In this document: positions 9,246-21,940 of the stretch, in pieces | Numbering within the stretch: the stretch's first letter is position 1 | Layout: the number at the start of each line of letters is the position of its first letter | Assembly: GCA_017477935.1 (NCBI GenBank) | Contig: JAFVIC010000003.1 | Coordinates: forward strand, 64,961-128,960 | Reading direction: 5' to 3' | From: Akkermansia sp. | GTDB lineage: Bacteria; Verrucomicrobiota; Verrucomicrobiia; Verrucomicrobiales; Akkermansiaceae | DNA: 64,000 bases | Program-made: the position numbers and the translations under genes | The notes under the pieces: generated by a model | Seen by the model: the letters and a program-made list of their open reading frames with translations, nothing else | Database searches by the model: none | Told to the model about the DNA's origin: nothing

Positions 9246-9399
9246 TGCACTTTTACAAAGGACTTTTGGCCTTACACCTGCACTTTTACAAAGGACTTTT
9301 GACCTTACACATGCACTTTCGCAAAGGACTTTTGACCTTGCACATGCACTTTTGCAAAGGACTTTTGGCCTTACACATGCACTTTTGCAAAGGACTTTT
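9246..9399. repeat. 33-bp tandem repeat, ~4.7 copies (TGCACTTTTRCAAAGGACTTTTGRCCTTACACM)
   Basis: Units start at 9246, 9279, 9312, 9345 and 9378, with few substitutions and no spacers. Confidence 0.95.
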
Positions 9400-9415
9400 A
9401 AAATCTGCACTAGAG

Positions 9416-9452
9416 AAAAAGCCCCGCACGCCGGGTAGACGTGCGGAGCCTT
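9416..9452 (-). terminator. Intrinsic terminator of gcvTHP
   Basis: Minus strand GGCTCCGCACG...CGTGCGGGGC followed by TTTTT. Confidence 0.7.
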
Positions 9453-9475
9453 AAATGAAGTTCTACGAGCTGTTA

Positions 9476-12304
<2,829 letters not shown>

Positions 12305-12409
12305 AGAATGGTATGAAGTACGAAGGTGAAAAAGCAGCAAAGCCTTGCAGGGCTCGAGCCGGGAGAATACCCCTACTCTGCGCCACATGCAAGGCTTTGT
12401 GGTGATTTC

Positions 12410-12793
12410 TTACTTGTTGCAGAAGTCGGTGTAAGCAGCGGCGTCCATGAGCTCGTCGAGCTCTGCGGCGTCGTCCAACTTAATCTTGCAAATCCAGCCG
12501 GCACCGAAGGCATCGCTGTTCACGGTGTTAGGCTCAGCATCGAGAGCCTCGTTCACCTCCACGATTTCACCGGAAACGGGGGTGTAGATGTCGGAAGCAG
12601 CCTTGGTGGACTCTACAGCACCGATGCTGTCCTCCTTGGAGAAGGTGTCGCCCACAGAGGGAAGGTCTACGTAAACAACCTCACCCAGCTCAGCCTGGGC
12701 AAAGTCGGTGATGCCGAGGGTCACCACGCCGTCCACGGCGGGGCTAATCCATTCGTGCTCGGAGGAATACTTGTAATCAGCGGGATTGCTCAT
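12410..12793 (-). CDS. gcvH: Glycine cleavage H protein
   Basis: [27 protein letters not shown], lipoyl-lysine motif [16 protein letters not shown]. Confidence 0.97.
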   Translation of the reverse strand: MSNPADYKYSSEHEWISPAVDGVVTLGITDFAQAELGEVVYVDLPSVGDTFSKEDSIGAVESTKAASDIYTPVSGEIVEVNEALDAEPNTVNSDAFGAGWICKIKLDDAAELDELMDAAAYTDFCNK

Positions 12794-12815
12794 AGTTTGT
12801 ATATAGTGTCAGGGG

Positions 12816-13901
12816 TTATTTTTTAAGGAAAGGTTTCTTAACAATGACGGCAGGCACAGCTTTGTTGCGCACGATGACGTTCACCTCGGTACCGACCTTA
12901 CAGTGGGCAGCGGGAACATAGAGCATGGCGATGCCCTTGCCGAGAGAGGGGGAAAGCACGCCACTGCAAATCTGGCCAAGCGGGGTACCGTCGGGCAGCT
13001 GTACCTCGTAGCCGTGACGGGGAGGAGCGCCCTTGCCGGTGTACTCGATAGCCACGAGAGCGGTGGGGCGGCCGGCGGCTTTCTGCTCACGCAGCACGTC
13101 CACGCCGATGAAATCCTTGGTCAGATCGCAGCACCAGGACAAGCCGGCTTCGAGCGGCGTCTTCTCAGGGGAAAGGTCGGAGCCGTTGAGCGAGTAGCAC
13201 ATCTCCAGGCGCAGGCTGTCGCGAGCTCCCAGACCGCAGGGCTGAGCGCCGCAGGCAATGCTCTTCTCGAACCACTTGACGCCCTGCTCTGCGGGGCAGA
13301 AGAACTCAAAGCCATTCTCGCCGGTGTAACCGGTACGGCACACAATGCAGGCGTCACCCTCGCACTCGAACTGCAGAATACCGTTGCGCACGGGCAGCTC
13401 CACGCCGGGGCACATCTTGGCGAACACAGCCTCACTGTTCGGGCCCTGAATAGCCAGGCCCACATAGTCGGCGCTCTTGTTCACCAGGGAAATCCCCTCA
13501 GGCTTTCGGGCGGAAAGCCAGGCATAGTCCTCATCAATCATGCTGGCGTTCACCACCACAAAGAAAGCATCCTTACCGGTCTGGTAGATGATAAGGTCAT
13601 CAATCACGCCGCCCTTTTCATTGAGCATCATAGAGTACTGACCCATGCCGTCCACCAGCTTATTGAGATTATTGGTGAACATGCCGTTGAGCCACTCAGT
13701 AGCACCGGCGCCGCTCACGAGGAACTGCCCCATGTGCGAAATATCGAACACACCGCAATCGGTGCGCACGGCATTGTGCTCAGCTAATATACCTGCGTAC
13801 TGCACCGGCATGTTCCAGCCGGCGAAGGGCACCATCTTGGCTCCGAGCTCCACGTGCTTGTCGCACAGCGGTGTGCTCTTGATAGATTCTTCGGCGTTCA
13901 T
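12816..13901 (-). CDS. gcvT: Glycine cleavage T protein (aminomethyltransferase)
   Basis: FAGWNMPVQY, FDISHMG, RTGYTGENGFE, GLGARDSLRLE. Confidence 0.97.
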   Translation of the reverse strand: MNAEESIKSTPLCDKHVELGAKMVPFAGWNMPVQYAGILAEHNAVRTDCGVFDISHMGQFLVSGAGATEWLNGMFTNNLNKLVDGMGQYSMMLNEKGGVIDDLIIYQTGKDAFFVVVNASMIDEDYAWLSARKPEGISLVNKSADYVGLAIQGPNSEAVFAKMCPGVELPVRNGILQFECEGDACIVCRTGYTGENGFEFFCPAEQGVKWFEKSIACGAQPCGLGARDSLRLEMCYSLNGSDLSPEKTPLEAGLSWCCDLTKDFIGVDVLREQKAAGRPTALVAIEYTGKGAPPRHGYEVQLPDGTPLGQICSGVLSPSLGKGIAMLYVPAAHCKVGTEVNVIVRNKAVPAVIVKKPFLKK

Positions 13902-13910
13902 GAGGTCGGT

Positions 13911-13938
13911 ATTATACGCTCGCGCACGGGAAAGTCAA
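13911..13938 (-). promoter_or_regulatory. gcvT promoter
   Basis: TTGACT-16bp-TATAAT on the minus strand, with ATG 9 nt after the -10. Confidence 0.65.
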
Positions 13939-14213
13939 GCACGAGCGGTATGCCTTTTGATTGTATGACGCGGAGCCAGTCACGTCATAAGTGTGAAAAT
14001 CAGCAGGCTTCCGCACCTTTCATACATACCCTTTTCATGCACAAATTACTAAATACGATGCAAGAAAAATTACTTGCCAGCAAAAATCGTTAATGCTACA
14101 ATTCGGAGAAAGTAAGTTTGCCCTCAGCAACACTCAGGCAGCATGCGCATGGTCAAATATATTTTTTCCATCTAAATTGTCAGCCCACAACATTACAGAA
14201 ACAATCGCAACAA

Positions 14214-15689
14214 ATGAAAAATCTTCATTACTTATACCTGCTCATTATCTCTATTTATATCACAACCTTATGCTCTGACACATCGCCTCTCTTTCATTTC
14301 AATCCTTCACCCGATCCATCGATATTCTTTATATCCGGGCAAGCCTTCCGCGAAGGATTAGTTCCCTATGTTGAGTTTGCTGACACAAAAGGGCTTTTAC
14401 TAATCTACATTTACAGTCTATCAACGTATATAAGCAACACTTCCTTCGCCGGAATCTACCTCATCCAGTGCTTCCTTCTTTTTGTAACACTGGCATTTGC
14501 ACAAAAGACTGCAAAAATATATGTTTCTGAAAACGGAAGTTTTGTAGCAGCTCTTTCACTGTGCGTCTTTCTTTTCAATTCATACCCCTATCAACGAGGC
14601 GGCGGAGCCGAAGAATTACTCTGGCCTTTCATGTCAGCTCTTGTATATTGCCTTGCGCGTCACTTTTCTGGCAAGGACGATTTATTTTCTAAATGGTTAT
14701 ACCTGAGTATAGGCATCACTGCAGGAGCCTCGTTCATGATAAAGTATTCGGTCACACTGCCTATAATCATTCTGTTTATTGCTATACTCGCCTACGAGTG
14801 GAAGCGAGTACCTCTGAAAAAAGTTTTGCAGTCTGCACTGTGGGCTCTGTGCGGAGCATCCATAGTCATTTTACCCTGCATCATCCATTTATGGTCCATG
14901 GGCGCGCTTCAAGAATTTGCGGATGAGTACATCCTGACATCCGCACGCTATGGCACCACCGGCCAACAACGAGAATGGTACGTTCACTTACTACGCCCCA
15001 TGCCGGTAAGAAGCCTGTCCGACTTACTCATGTGGATTGCGCTAATCTGGGGTGTGAAATCATACGGTTTCAAATCAATCATCCACACTACACCCTTAAT
15101 GTTTACCATTCTGCTATACCTTCTTTACAAAGGGGAGACGATATCATACTACAACCATTATTACAACTCCATAAATTCCCCATTGATGATAGCATGCTGC
15201 ATATTTTTTGTATCGAAAGCGGAAGAAAAGAAAGAATTAAGAAAAAACAAAGTATTATGTATATCCGCGATAATACTGATTTTTATGACAGCGGGCACAC
15301 AATTCCACCTGTTCGGCGCGGTAGAGAAAGGCCCCCTTGTCTGGAGAGAATCTGCCCACACACCTCTGTACGAGACATTATCTACCCGGCAAAATAAAAA
15401 AGTTCTTTACCTGGGCTGGTTAGACCGAGGGTTCGGCATTCCCAGCAACTGGCGCCCTTGTGGGAGGTATTGGTTCTTGCAAAACTCACCCTCCGACTCC
15501 ATGCGTGCAGAGCAGATGGAGTACATCCGACAAGGAAAACCTGATATCATTCATACGTATTCCAAAGAGTTCGATGATTTCTTTCAAAAATACGGATACA
15601 GTCTTTTCTACACCTATAAGGGCAACTATTTTTATGAGCGAAACAAGCCCATCAACATACCAACCGACAATAAACCAGCCCTCAACTAA
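14214..15689 (+). CDS. Polytopic membrane protein, probable GT-C (ArnT/PMT-like) glycosyltransferase
   Basis: About 10 hydrophobic segments. Periplasmic DPSIF...GLVPYVEFADTKG.L loop, EE motif (AEELLWP) and IKYS are typical of GT39-like proteins. AT-rich. Confidence 0.6.
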   Translation: MKNLHYLYLLIISIYITTLCSDTSPLFHFNPSPDPSIFFISGQAFREGLVPYVEFADTKGLLLIYIYSLSTYISNTSFAGIYLIQCFLLFVTLAFAQKTAKIYVSENGSFVAALSLCVFLFNSYPYQRGGGAEELLWPFMSALVYCLARHFSGKDDLFSKWLYLSIGITAGASFMIKYSVTLPIIILFIAILAYEWKRVPLKKVLQSALWALCGASIVILPCIIHLWSMGALQEFADEYILTSARYGTTGQQREWYVHLLRPMPVRSLSDLLMWIALIWGVKSYGFKSIIHTTPLMFTILLYLLYKGETISYYNHYYNSINSPLMIACCIFFVSKAEEKKELRKNKVLCISAIILIFMTAGTQFHLFGAVEKGPLVWRESAHTPLYETLSTRQNKKVLYLGWLDRGFGIPSNWRPCGRYWFLQNSPSDSMRAEQMEYIRQGKPDIIHTYSKEFDDFFQKYGYSLFYTYKGNYFYERNKPINIPTDNKPALN

Positions 15690-15740
15690 GCGACATCCGT
15701 ACAAAACATAATATACAAACGACCGTATTCGTAAATTAGG

Positions 15741-15769
15741 TTGACCTCAGTGAGCAAATAGGCTATAGT
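15741..15769 (+). promoter_or_regulatory. mscS promoter, leaderless-type
   Basis: TTGACC-17bp-TATAGT, with ATG 6 nt downstream. Confidence 0.65.
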
Positions 15770-15775
15770 GCCGAC

Positions 15776-16597
15776 ATGGCAGAATGGTTTCAGAAGGTAT
15801 ATGGCTATATATCCGGCCCGATGGGGATGGGCTGGGTCACTTTTGCGGTTTATGTCATCATCGGCTGGGTAGCCTGTATCGGACTGGGGCGCCTGCAACG
15901 CAGAATCGACCACACCCGCCGTGAGCAACGGCAGATTTTCACCCTGCTGCTGAAAGCGGCCAAGGGCATCATCTGGGCGCTCGTGCTGGTACAGGGACTT
16001 CGCAGCGTGGGGGTGGATGTCGTGAGCATATTGGGTGCGGCAGGTGTAGCCGGTGTAGCTATCGGCTTTGCCTCGCAGACGGCGCTCAGCAACCTCATCA
16101 GCGGAGCTTTCGTGGTAAGCGAACGCAGTTTTCGCATGGGCGATTACATACAAGTGGGCGGCGAAGAGGGCACAGTGGAGAGCATTAACCTGCTCTCCGT
16201 CTACCTGCGCCGGCCCGACAACACCCTGGTACGCGTGCCCTGTGAAATGCTCATTAAGACCCCGGTGCGCAACCTCACCGGCGCTGAGCTGCGCCGTATT
16301 GACCTCGATATCGGGGTGGACTACTCCAGCGATCTGACCGAAGTGAAAGAGATAATCATGAGTGTTATCACCGAGCGACCGCTGCTCATGAACGAACCGG
16401 CACCGACCGTCACCTTCAGCGGCTTCGGGGACAGCTCGCTCAACCTGCACATCGGCGCCTGGTGCAAGACGGATGTTTACCACGCCGTGCGCTATGAGTT
16501 CGCCACAGCTCTGCTGGCTGCGTTCGCGGAGCGCGGCATCAACATCCCCTTCCCCGTGCGAGCCTTCACAAAATACCAACCGGGCTCGAACGCATGA
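15776..16597 (+). CDS. mscS: Small-conductance mechanosensitive channel
   Basis: GAAGVAGVAIGFASQTALSNLISG, FRMGDYI, GTVESI, IGVDYSSD, GFGDSSLN, GINIPFP. Confidence 0.92.
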   Translation: MAEWFQKVYGYISGPMGMGWVTFAVYVIIGWVACIGLGRLQRRIDHTRREQRQIFTLLLKAAKGIIWALVLVQGLRSVGVDVVSILGAAGVAGVAIGFASQTALSNLISGAFVVSERSFRMGDYIQVGGEEGTVESINLLSVYLRRPDNTLVRVPCEMLIKTPVRNLTGAELRRIDLDIGVDYSSDLTEVKEIIMSVITERPLLMNEPAPTVTFSGFGDSSLNLHIGAWCKTDVYHAVRYEFATALLAAFAERGINIPFPVRAFTKYQPGSNA

Positions 16598-16789
16598 ACC
16601 TACGCCCCCTGTTGCACGACAACCGCCCCCTCATCCCCATCGCCATGAGCGAGCGTTTCTACACCGGAGATGATATACTGACCCTGGCAGATATATCTCA
16701 GACTCAGTAAAACTCAGACCAAAAAAATAGCATTCAGAGGGTAGTTGGTGCTTTACTTGGCGTGCTCAATCTGCTATAATAGCACTGCT

Positions 16790-17968
16790 ATGGATTTAGA
16801 GCAACGCGAAATCAGTGCTGCAACCATCAGCCCGTACTTCGAGGAGTACTTCGGCCAGAAACCCACCGTGGTGGCCGCCTCTCCCGGGCGCGTGAACCTG
16901 ATAGGTGAGCACACAGACTACAATAACGGCTTTGTACTGCCGATGGCCCTCAACAATATCAACGTGGTGGCCGTCGCCCCCTCCCCCACCGGCAAACACC
17001 GCTGGGTGGGCTCTCTGGGTGACACCATGATTGAAATTGACCCGGCAGACGTCACAAAACCCGGCGACCCCTTCTGGAGCAACTATGTGCGCGGTGTCAT
17101 CTGCATGCTTGAGCGCCGCGGCGTGAAGGTTCCGGCAGTGGATATGCTCATCGACTCTAACGTACCTCGTGGCGGCGGTCTGTCCTCCAGTGCCGCATTC
17201 GAAGTATCCGCCTGCACCGCGCTCGCTGCTCTGTGCGGCGTTGACATCACCCCGACCGACCGCGCCCTCATCGGTCAGGCTACGGAGCACGAATTCGTGA
17301 ATGTTCCCTGCGGTATCATGGATCAATTCATCTCTGCCAACGGCAAGGAAGGGCACGCCCTCATGCTCGACTGCAAAGACCTGAGCTACAAGCATATCCC
17401 CATGACCGACCCCAGCGTGAGCGTGCTCGTCATCGACTCCGCTGTCAAGCACTCCCTGGCCGACGGCGGCTATGCAGCCCGCCGCAAGAACTGCGAGGAC
17501 GCCTGCGCCATACTCGGTGTACCCTCCCTGCGCGAAGCCACCCTCGAAATGCTCGAAGAAAAGAAAGCCGAGCTGGGCGACCTGTGCTACCGCCGTTCCC
17601 GCCACGTCATCGGCGAAAACCTTCGTGTGGACGCCTTTGCCGCCGCCCTGCAGAAGGGCGACTGGGACGCCGCCGGTGTCGCCATGCGCAGCTCGCATGA
17701 TTCGCTGAAGAATGACTTTGAAGTATCCTGCGCCGAGGTCGACACCCTGGTGAGCCTGGCAGATACCATTCCCTCCGCAGCCTCTGTCTACGGTGCCCGC
17801 ATGACGGGTGGCGGATTCGGCGGTTGTATCGTGGCTCTGGTGAAGAGCGAAGACGTGGAAAAGGTAGCAGAAGAGATGATTGAGGCCTACCGCACCACAC
17901 TCGGCATCGAAACCACCTACCTCGTAACCCGACCGGGCGAGGGTGCACGCGTGCTCTACAAGGCATAA
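16790..17968 (+). CDS. galK: Galactokinase
   Basis: [50 protein letters not shown]. Confidence 0.96.
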   Translation: MDLEQREISAATISPYFEEYFGQKPTVVAASPGRVNLIGEHTDYNNGFVLPMALNNINVVAVAPSPTGKHRWVGSLGDTMIEIDPADVTKPGDPFWSNYVRGVICMLERRGVKVPAVDMLIDSNVPRGGGLSSSAAFEVSACTALAALCGVDITPTDRALIGQATEHEFVNVPCGIMDQFISANGKEGHALMLDCKDLSYKHIPMTDPSVSVLVIDSAVKHSLADGGYAARRKNCEDACAILGVPSLREATLEMLEEKKAELGDLCYRRSRHVIGENLRVDAFAAALQKGDWDAAGVAMRSSHDSLKNDFEVSCAEVDTLVSLADTIPSAASVYGARMTGGGFGGCIVALVKSEDVEKVAEEMIEAYRTTLGIETTYLVTRPGEGARVLYKA

Positions 17969-17983
17969 CCGACAGAAAGACTT

Positions 17984-20128
17984 ATGAAACATATTCTGAC
18001 AACACTGAGCGCACTTGCGCTGCTGGCTATGGGCGCAAACGCCCAGGAGGCCGCCGCTGCCGCTGCGGAGCCCGAGGCACTCCCGCTCTGGGAGATGATT
18101 GTGTTCTGCATCGTGGTGGTTGGCGTTATCGGCCTGGGTATCTGGAAATCCGGCGACTCCGGCGAGAGCGCAGAAGAGAAAAAGGAAAAGGGCGCAGCCG
18201 ACTACTTCCTGGCCGGCCGTGGCCTGAGCTGGTGGTTGGTAGGTTTCTCCCTGCTGGCAGCCAACATCTCTACCGAACAGTTCGTAGGCATGAGCGGCCA
18301 GTCCGCCGACTGGCTGGGTCTGGCCATTGCCGGTTATGAGTGGCTGGCAGCCATCGTGCTGGTGATTGTGGCTTTCACCTTCCTGCCCATGCTGCTCAAG
18401 CGCGGGGTATTCACCATTCCCCAGTTCCTGGAGGAGCGTTACAACGGCATTGCCCGTGTGACGATGGCCCTCGTGAACCTGCTCATTCTGGTGGGCGTAC
18501 CCACTGCAGCCGTGATTTACGCCGGCGCCAGCGTGGTTTCGGTATACTTCAACCTGTCGCTGACGGTCGGCTGTCTCATCATCGCCGGTGCGGCTACCGT
18601 CTATGTGTATGTGGGTGGTCTGAAAGCCTGCGCCTGGACTGACCTCATCTGGGGTGCCGCTCTCATCGTAGGCGGCGGCGTGGTGGCCTACTTCGCCATC
18701 ATGGCCTTGGGCGGTATGAACCCCGTACCCGAAAACGTGATGGCCACCGCCGTCAGCACCGCCAACACCGGGGCAGACGCCATGGCCTCCACCGGTTCCC
18801 AATTCAGCGACGGCCTTTCCCGCATGTGGAATCTGAACGCCGGCGAAGTCAGCGGTGCCACCAACGGCATCGGCGGCAAGTTGCACATGATGCGCGAGAG
18901 CTCCGACCCCACCATGCCCTGGACGGTTTACCTGCTGGGCCTGTGGATTCCCAACTTCTTCTACTGGGGCCTCAACCAGTACATCATGCAGCGCACCCTG
19001 GCCTCCAAGAGCCTGGAGGAAGGCCAGCTGGGTATCGTGTTTGCAGCCTTCCTGAAGCTGCTTATCCCCTTCGTGGTTATCATCCCCGGCATTCTGGCCT
19101 ACAACCTGTACCGCGATGACCTGGCCGCCAAGGCTGACAGCAACACAACGGCCATCATCAAGAAGGCTGAAGAGAGCGGCAAGAAGGTCATCTACGACAT
19201 CTCCGCCAGCCGTCTGGTGCGAGAAGATTCCGCAGCTTCTTCCGTAGAGTACATCAAGAAGAACCTGGCTACCGTAGGTGCTGCCGACAAGGCTGCCGAG
19301 GTAGACACCAAGGCTGCTGAGCTGGCTGCCATGCCCGCCAAGGACATCGCCGCCCGTGAAGCCAAGGCTAAGGAGATTCTGGCCATCGACAAAGCCGCTA
19401 CGGAGACCGCCCGCGCTAACGTGACGGATTACACCGTGACCACCACGCTGACCGCCTATCAGTACGACTACGCCTTCGCCACCCTGCTGCGCAAGCTGCT
19501 GCCGGGCACCGGTTGGGCCTGGTTCGTGCTGGCCGCCCTGTTCGGTGCCGTGGTAAGCTCCCTGGCCTCCATGCTCAACTCGGCCTCCACCCTGTTCACC
19601 ATGGACATCTATGCCAAGGCCAAGGAGGTAGCCGGCAAGCCTGCCACCAACACGCAGCTGGTAGCCATGGGTAAGGTGGGCGTGCTGGTGTGCGCCATTA
19701 TCGCCACGGTCATCTCCCCCTTCCTGGATAACCCCGCCTTCGGTGGTATCTTCACCTTCATTCAGGAGTTCCAGGGCTTCCTGAGCCCGGGTGTTCTGGC
19801 CGTGTTCCTCTTCGGCTTCTTCGTTCCCAAGTGCCCCCGCATCTTCGGCTGGCTGGGTATTCTGATTGGTGCCGTTGCCTATGCCTCCTTCAAGTGGGTG
19901 AGCTTCCTGGGCTGCACCGACAGCTCCTTCCTCAACCGCATGGGCTACTCGCTCATCGTGGTATGCGTTGTGGGCATCATCCTCACCATTGTGAACTCCA
20001 TCAAGGGTGGTGAAGCCGTGGTACTGGGCGACAAGGGCATCATCGAAATGAAGACGTCCGGCCGCGCCAAGTTCTTCGGCCTGGCCGTGATTGTCGCCAC
20101 GATTGCTCTCTACATCCTCTTCTGGTAA
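17984..20128 (+). CDS. Sodium:solute symporter (SGLT-like, probable galactose uptake) with a large loop insertion
   Basis: DYFLAGRGL.WW.VG.SL.AANISTEQFVGMSG, FTIPQFLEERY, FYWGLNQYI.QRTLA, SSLASMLNSASTLFTMDIY. Lies downstream of galK. Confidence 0.9.
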   Translation: MKHILTTLSALALLAMGANAQEAAAAAAEPEALPLWEMIVFCIVVVGVIGLGIWKSGDSGESAEEKKEKGAADYFLAGRGLSWWLVGFSLLAANISTEQFVGMSGQSADWLGLAIAGYEWLAAIVLVIVAFTFLPMLLKRGVFTIPQFLEERYNGIARVTMALVNLLILVGVPTAAVIYAGASVVSVYFNLSLTVGCLIIAGAATVYVYVGGLKACAWTDLIWGAALIVGGGVVAYFAIMALGGMNPVPENVMATAVSTANTGADAMASTGSQFSDGLSRMWNLNAGEVSGATNGIGGKLHMMRESSDPTMPWTVYLLGLWIPNFFYWGLNQYIMQRTLASKSLEEGQLGIVFAAFLKLLIPFVVIIPGILAYNLYRDDLAAKADSNTTAIIKKAEESGKKVIYDISASRLVREDSAASSVEYIKKNLATVGAADKAAEVDTKAAELAAMPAKDIAAREAKAKEILAIDKAATETARANVTDYTVTTTLTAYQYDYAFATLLRKLLPGTGWAWFVLAALFGAVVSSLASMLNSASTLFTMDIYAKAKEVAGKPATNTQLVAMGKVGVLVCAIIATVISPFLDNPAFGGIFTFIQEFQGFLSPGVLAVFLFGFFVPKCPRIFGWLGILIGAVAYASFKWVSFLGCTDSSFLNRMGYSLIVVCVVGIILTIVNSIKGGEAVVLGDKGIIEMKTSGRAKFFGLAVIVATIALYILFW

Positions 20129-20165
20129 AGAAAAAGGTGTAGCAATACACACAACATCCATTTGC

Positions 20166-20199
20166 AAAGCGCGCTGTCCGATTGGGCAGCGCGCTTTTT
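20166..20199 (+). terminator. Intrinsic terminator of galK-SSS
   Basis: AAAGCGCGCTG-TCCGATTGGG-CAGCGCGCTTT followed by TT. Confidence 0.75.
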
Positions 20200-20243
20200 C
20201 TGAGGGCTTGCAAAAACAAGCCGGCTGTGCTAAGATGTTCGCC

Positions 20244-20936
20244 ATGAACATACCGCCAAACGCCACACAGAGTGAGCTGGAAAATATCTTGCGTGCCGGC
20301 ATACGCCACAGCACGCGCATGATAGTGCTGGCCGGGGTGCTGCTGAGCCCCTTCTGCTACCTGCGCTGCCTGCTCAACCCGCTCTGGGTACTGGGGCTGA
20401 AGGTACCGGGAATCTTCGTAACAGCCCTCTTTGCCTGCTATGTGGGGTGGCAATATGTGAACGGCAACCCGGCGGCCGGAGAAACCGCCCTGCTGTGGTG
20501 GGCTGTCTGGGCGGGTATCATGTTCATCATCCACTACATTTTCTACGCCCTCACCCCCATTAGCCTCCGCCGACAAAGCAAAAAATACCAACAGCCCACC
20601 GAAAAAGAAAAAAACGGAGTTACCGCGCCACAGGCTCACCCGCTGAAACTCCACAAAAATGACGAGGGGTATTTTCATGCTGAGGTACTGCTGCACGCCC
20701 CGCAGCGCGGGCTCTATGCCCTGCGCTGGGAGCTCACCGGCTATACAGGCGAGTTCACCCCGCAAAAAGGTGACGCCATCGCCCACCCCGTATGGTCGGA
20801 GCGAGCTACGGAACCCACCAACACCCTGACAGAGCTCTACAGGCTCGAACCCGGCACCCACCGACTGCGCCTGCTACTCACCGACCGAGACGCAACTCGC
20901 CCCACCTCGGCCACGCTGACACAACTGAACGCCTAG
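20244..20936 (+). CDS. Hypothetical membrane protein (3 TM + soluble beta domain)
   Basis: Hydrophobic N-half. Start set from a TTGCAA-17-TAAGAT promoter ending 7 nt before the ATG. Confidence 0.6.
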   Translation: MNIPPNATQSELENILRAGIRHSTRMIVLAGVLLSPFCYLRCLLNPLWVLGLKVPGIFVTALFACYVGWQYVNGNPAAGETALLWWAVWAGIMFIIHYIFYALTPISLRRQSKKYQQPTEKEKNGVTAPQAHPLKLHKNDEGYFHAEVLLHAPQRGLYALRWELTGYTGEFTPQKGDAIAHPVWSERATEPTNTLTELYRLEPGTHRLRLLLTDRDATRPTSATLTQLNA

Positions 20937-21000
20937 CCGTTGTATGCAACACAGTTTTTTCGCTTGACGCGGCGGGTGTGAAAGGATAAAGTGAAAGAGT

Positions 21001-21924
21001 ATGAAATACCTGCTGCCAATGGGCGCCATGCTGCCCCTGTGCCTGAGCCACTGTACCTGCCCCGATGATTACCGGCAGGTGCCACAACCGCACGCCACCA
21101 CCGTGGCACAGGTGCAAGCCCTGAGCGATTGCCAGATTCACCACTATGGCACAACCCTGCTGGCAGATGCCCCCGGCCCGGAGGTTGCACGGGCACTACT
21201 GGAGCGAGGCGCGCAGCCGGTGGGCAAAATCATACGCAACGGACAGATCGAGACAGGGAGTGCCATAGCGCAAACGGACAATGCGAGGGTCATGCGCGTG
21301 CTGCTCGATGCAGGGGCAGATGCCAACGTGGGCGGCGGCAGCACCCACCGCAACGCTCTCTGCAGCGCAGCAGCCACCGGCAACACTCAAGCGGTGAGCC
21401 TGCTGCTCGACAGCGGTGCCGACCCGAACCGCGTAGACTCGCGCGGGGAATCGCCCCTTTACCTCGCAGCCACCAACATGCACACCGATGCCTGTAACCT
21501 GCTGCTCACCCATGGAGCCCCACCCGACTACGGCCGCACCGCCGATGGCGAAAGCCCGCTGATGGGGGTACTGAAATCCGGTGCAGACCAGGCTCAGAAA
21601 ATAGCCATTGCACAAGCCTTGCTGGCCGGGGGCGCCGACCCGCTGCAGGCGGATGCCGATGGCAATACCCCCCTGCACTATGCCCCCGCTGAGCTGGTAC
21701 CCACCCTGCTGGCTGCCGGGGCAAATGTACAGGCCCGCAATTACATGGGCCGCACCCCGCTTTTCTGCTGCAATGACCTGCTGCAGGCCCAGGCTCTGAT
21801 TGAGGCCGGGGCCGATATGAACACGACAGACTACCAAGGCAACAAGCCCTTCGATATCATCACCAACGCACAGGTTAAGTCATACCTGCTTATCCGCGGT
21901 GCCGGCGGCGGCTCCCACTACTGA
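21001..21924 (+). CDS. Ankyrin-repeat lipoprotein
   Basis: Lipobox-like LSHC. Repeats G.SPLYLAA, GNTPLHYA, GRTPLF, LLDAGADAN. Confidence 0.85.
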   Translation: MKYLLPMGAMLPLCLSHCTCPDDYRQVPQPHATTVAQVQALSDCQIHHYGTTLLADAPGPEVARALLERGAQPVGKIIRNGQIETGSAIAQTDNARVMRVLLDAGADANVGGGSTHRNALCSAAATGNTQAVSLLLDSGADPNRVDSRGESPLYLAATNMHTDACNLLLTHGAPPDYGRTADGESPLMGVLKSGADQAQKIAIAQALLAGGADPLQADADGNTPLHYAPAELVPTLLAAGANVQARNYMGRTPLFCCNDLLQAQALIEAGADMNTTDYQGNKPFDIITNAQVKSYLLIRGAGGGSHY

Positions 21925-21940
21925 CCCTCCCCCCCTCCAC

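Noticed and set aside
9246-9399. 33-bp repeat as a CRISPR array
   Set aside because: Units are directly adjacent with no unique spacers, and no cas genes are in the window.
9083-9454. ORFs 9083..9454 (+) and 9153..9410 (-)
   Set aside because: They are open only because the 33-bp repeat lacks stops, and they overlap a promoter and a terminator.
13902-14210. Glycine riboswitch upstream of gcvT
   Set aside because: No tandem aptamer pattern was seen, and the promoter lies only 9 nt from the start codon, leaving no leader.
16796-20320. 1174-aa minus-strand ORF
   Set aside because: Antisense shadow of galK and the SSS gene; no recognisable motifs.
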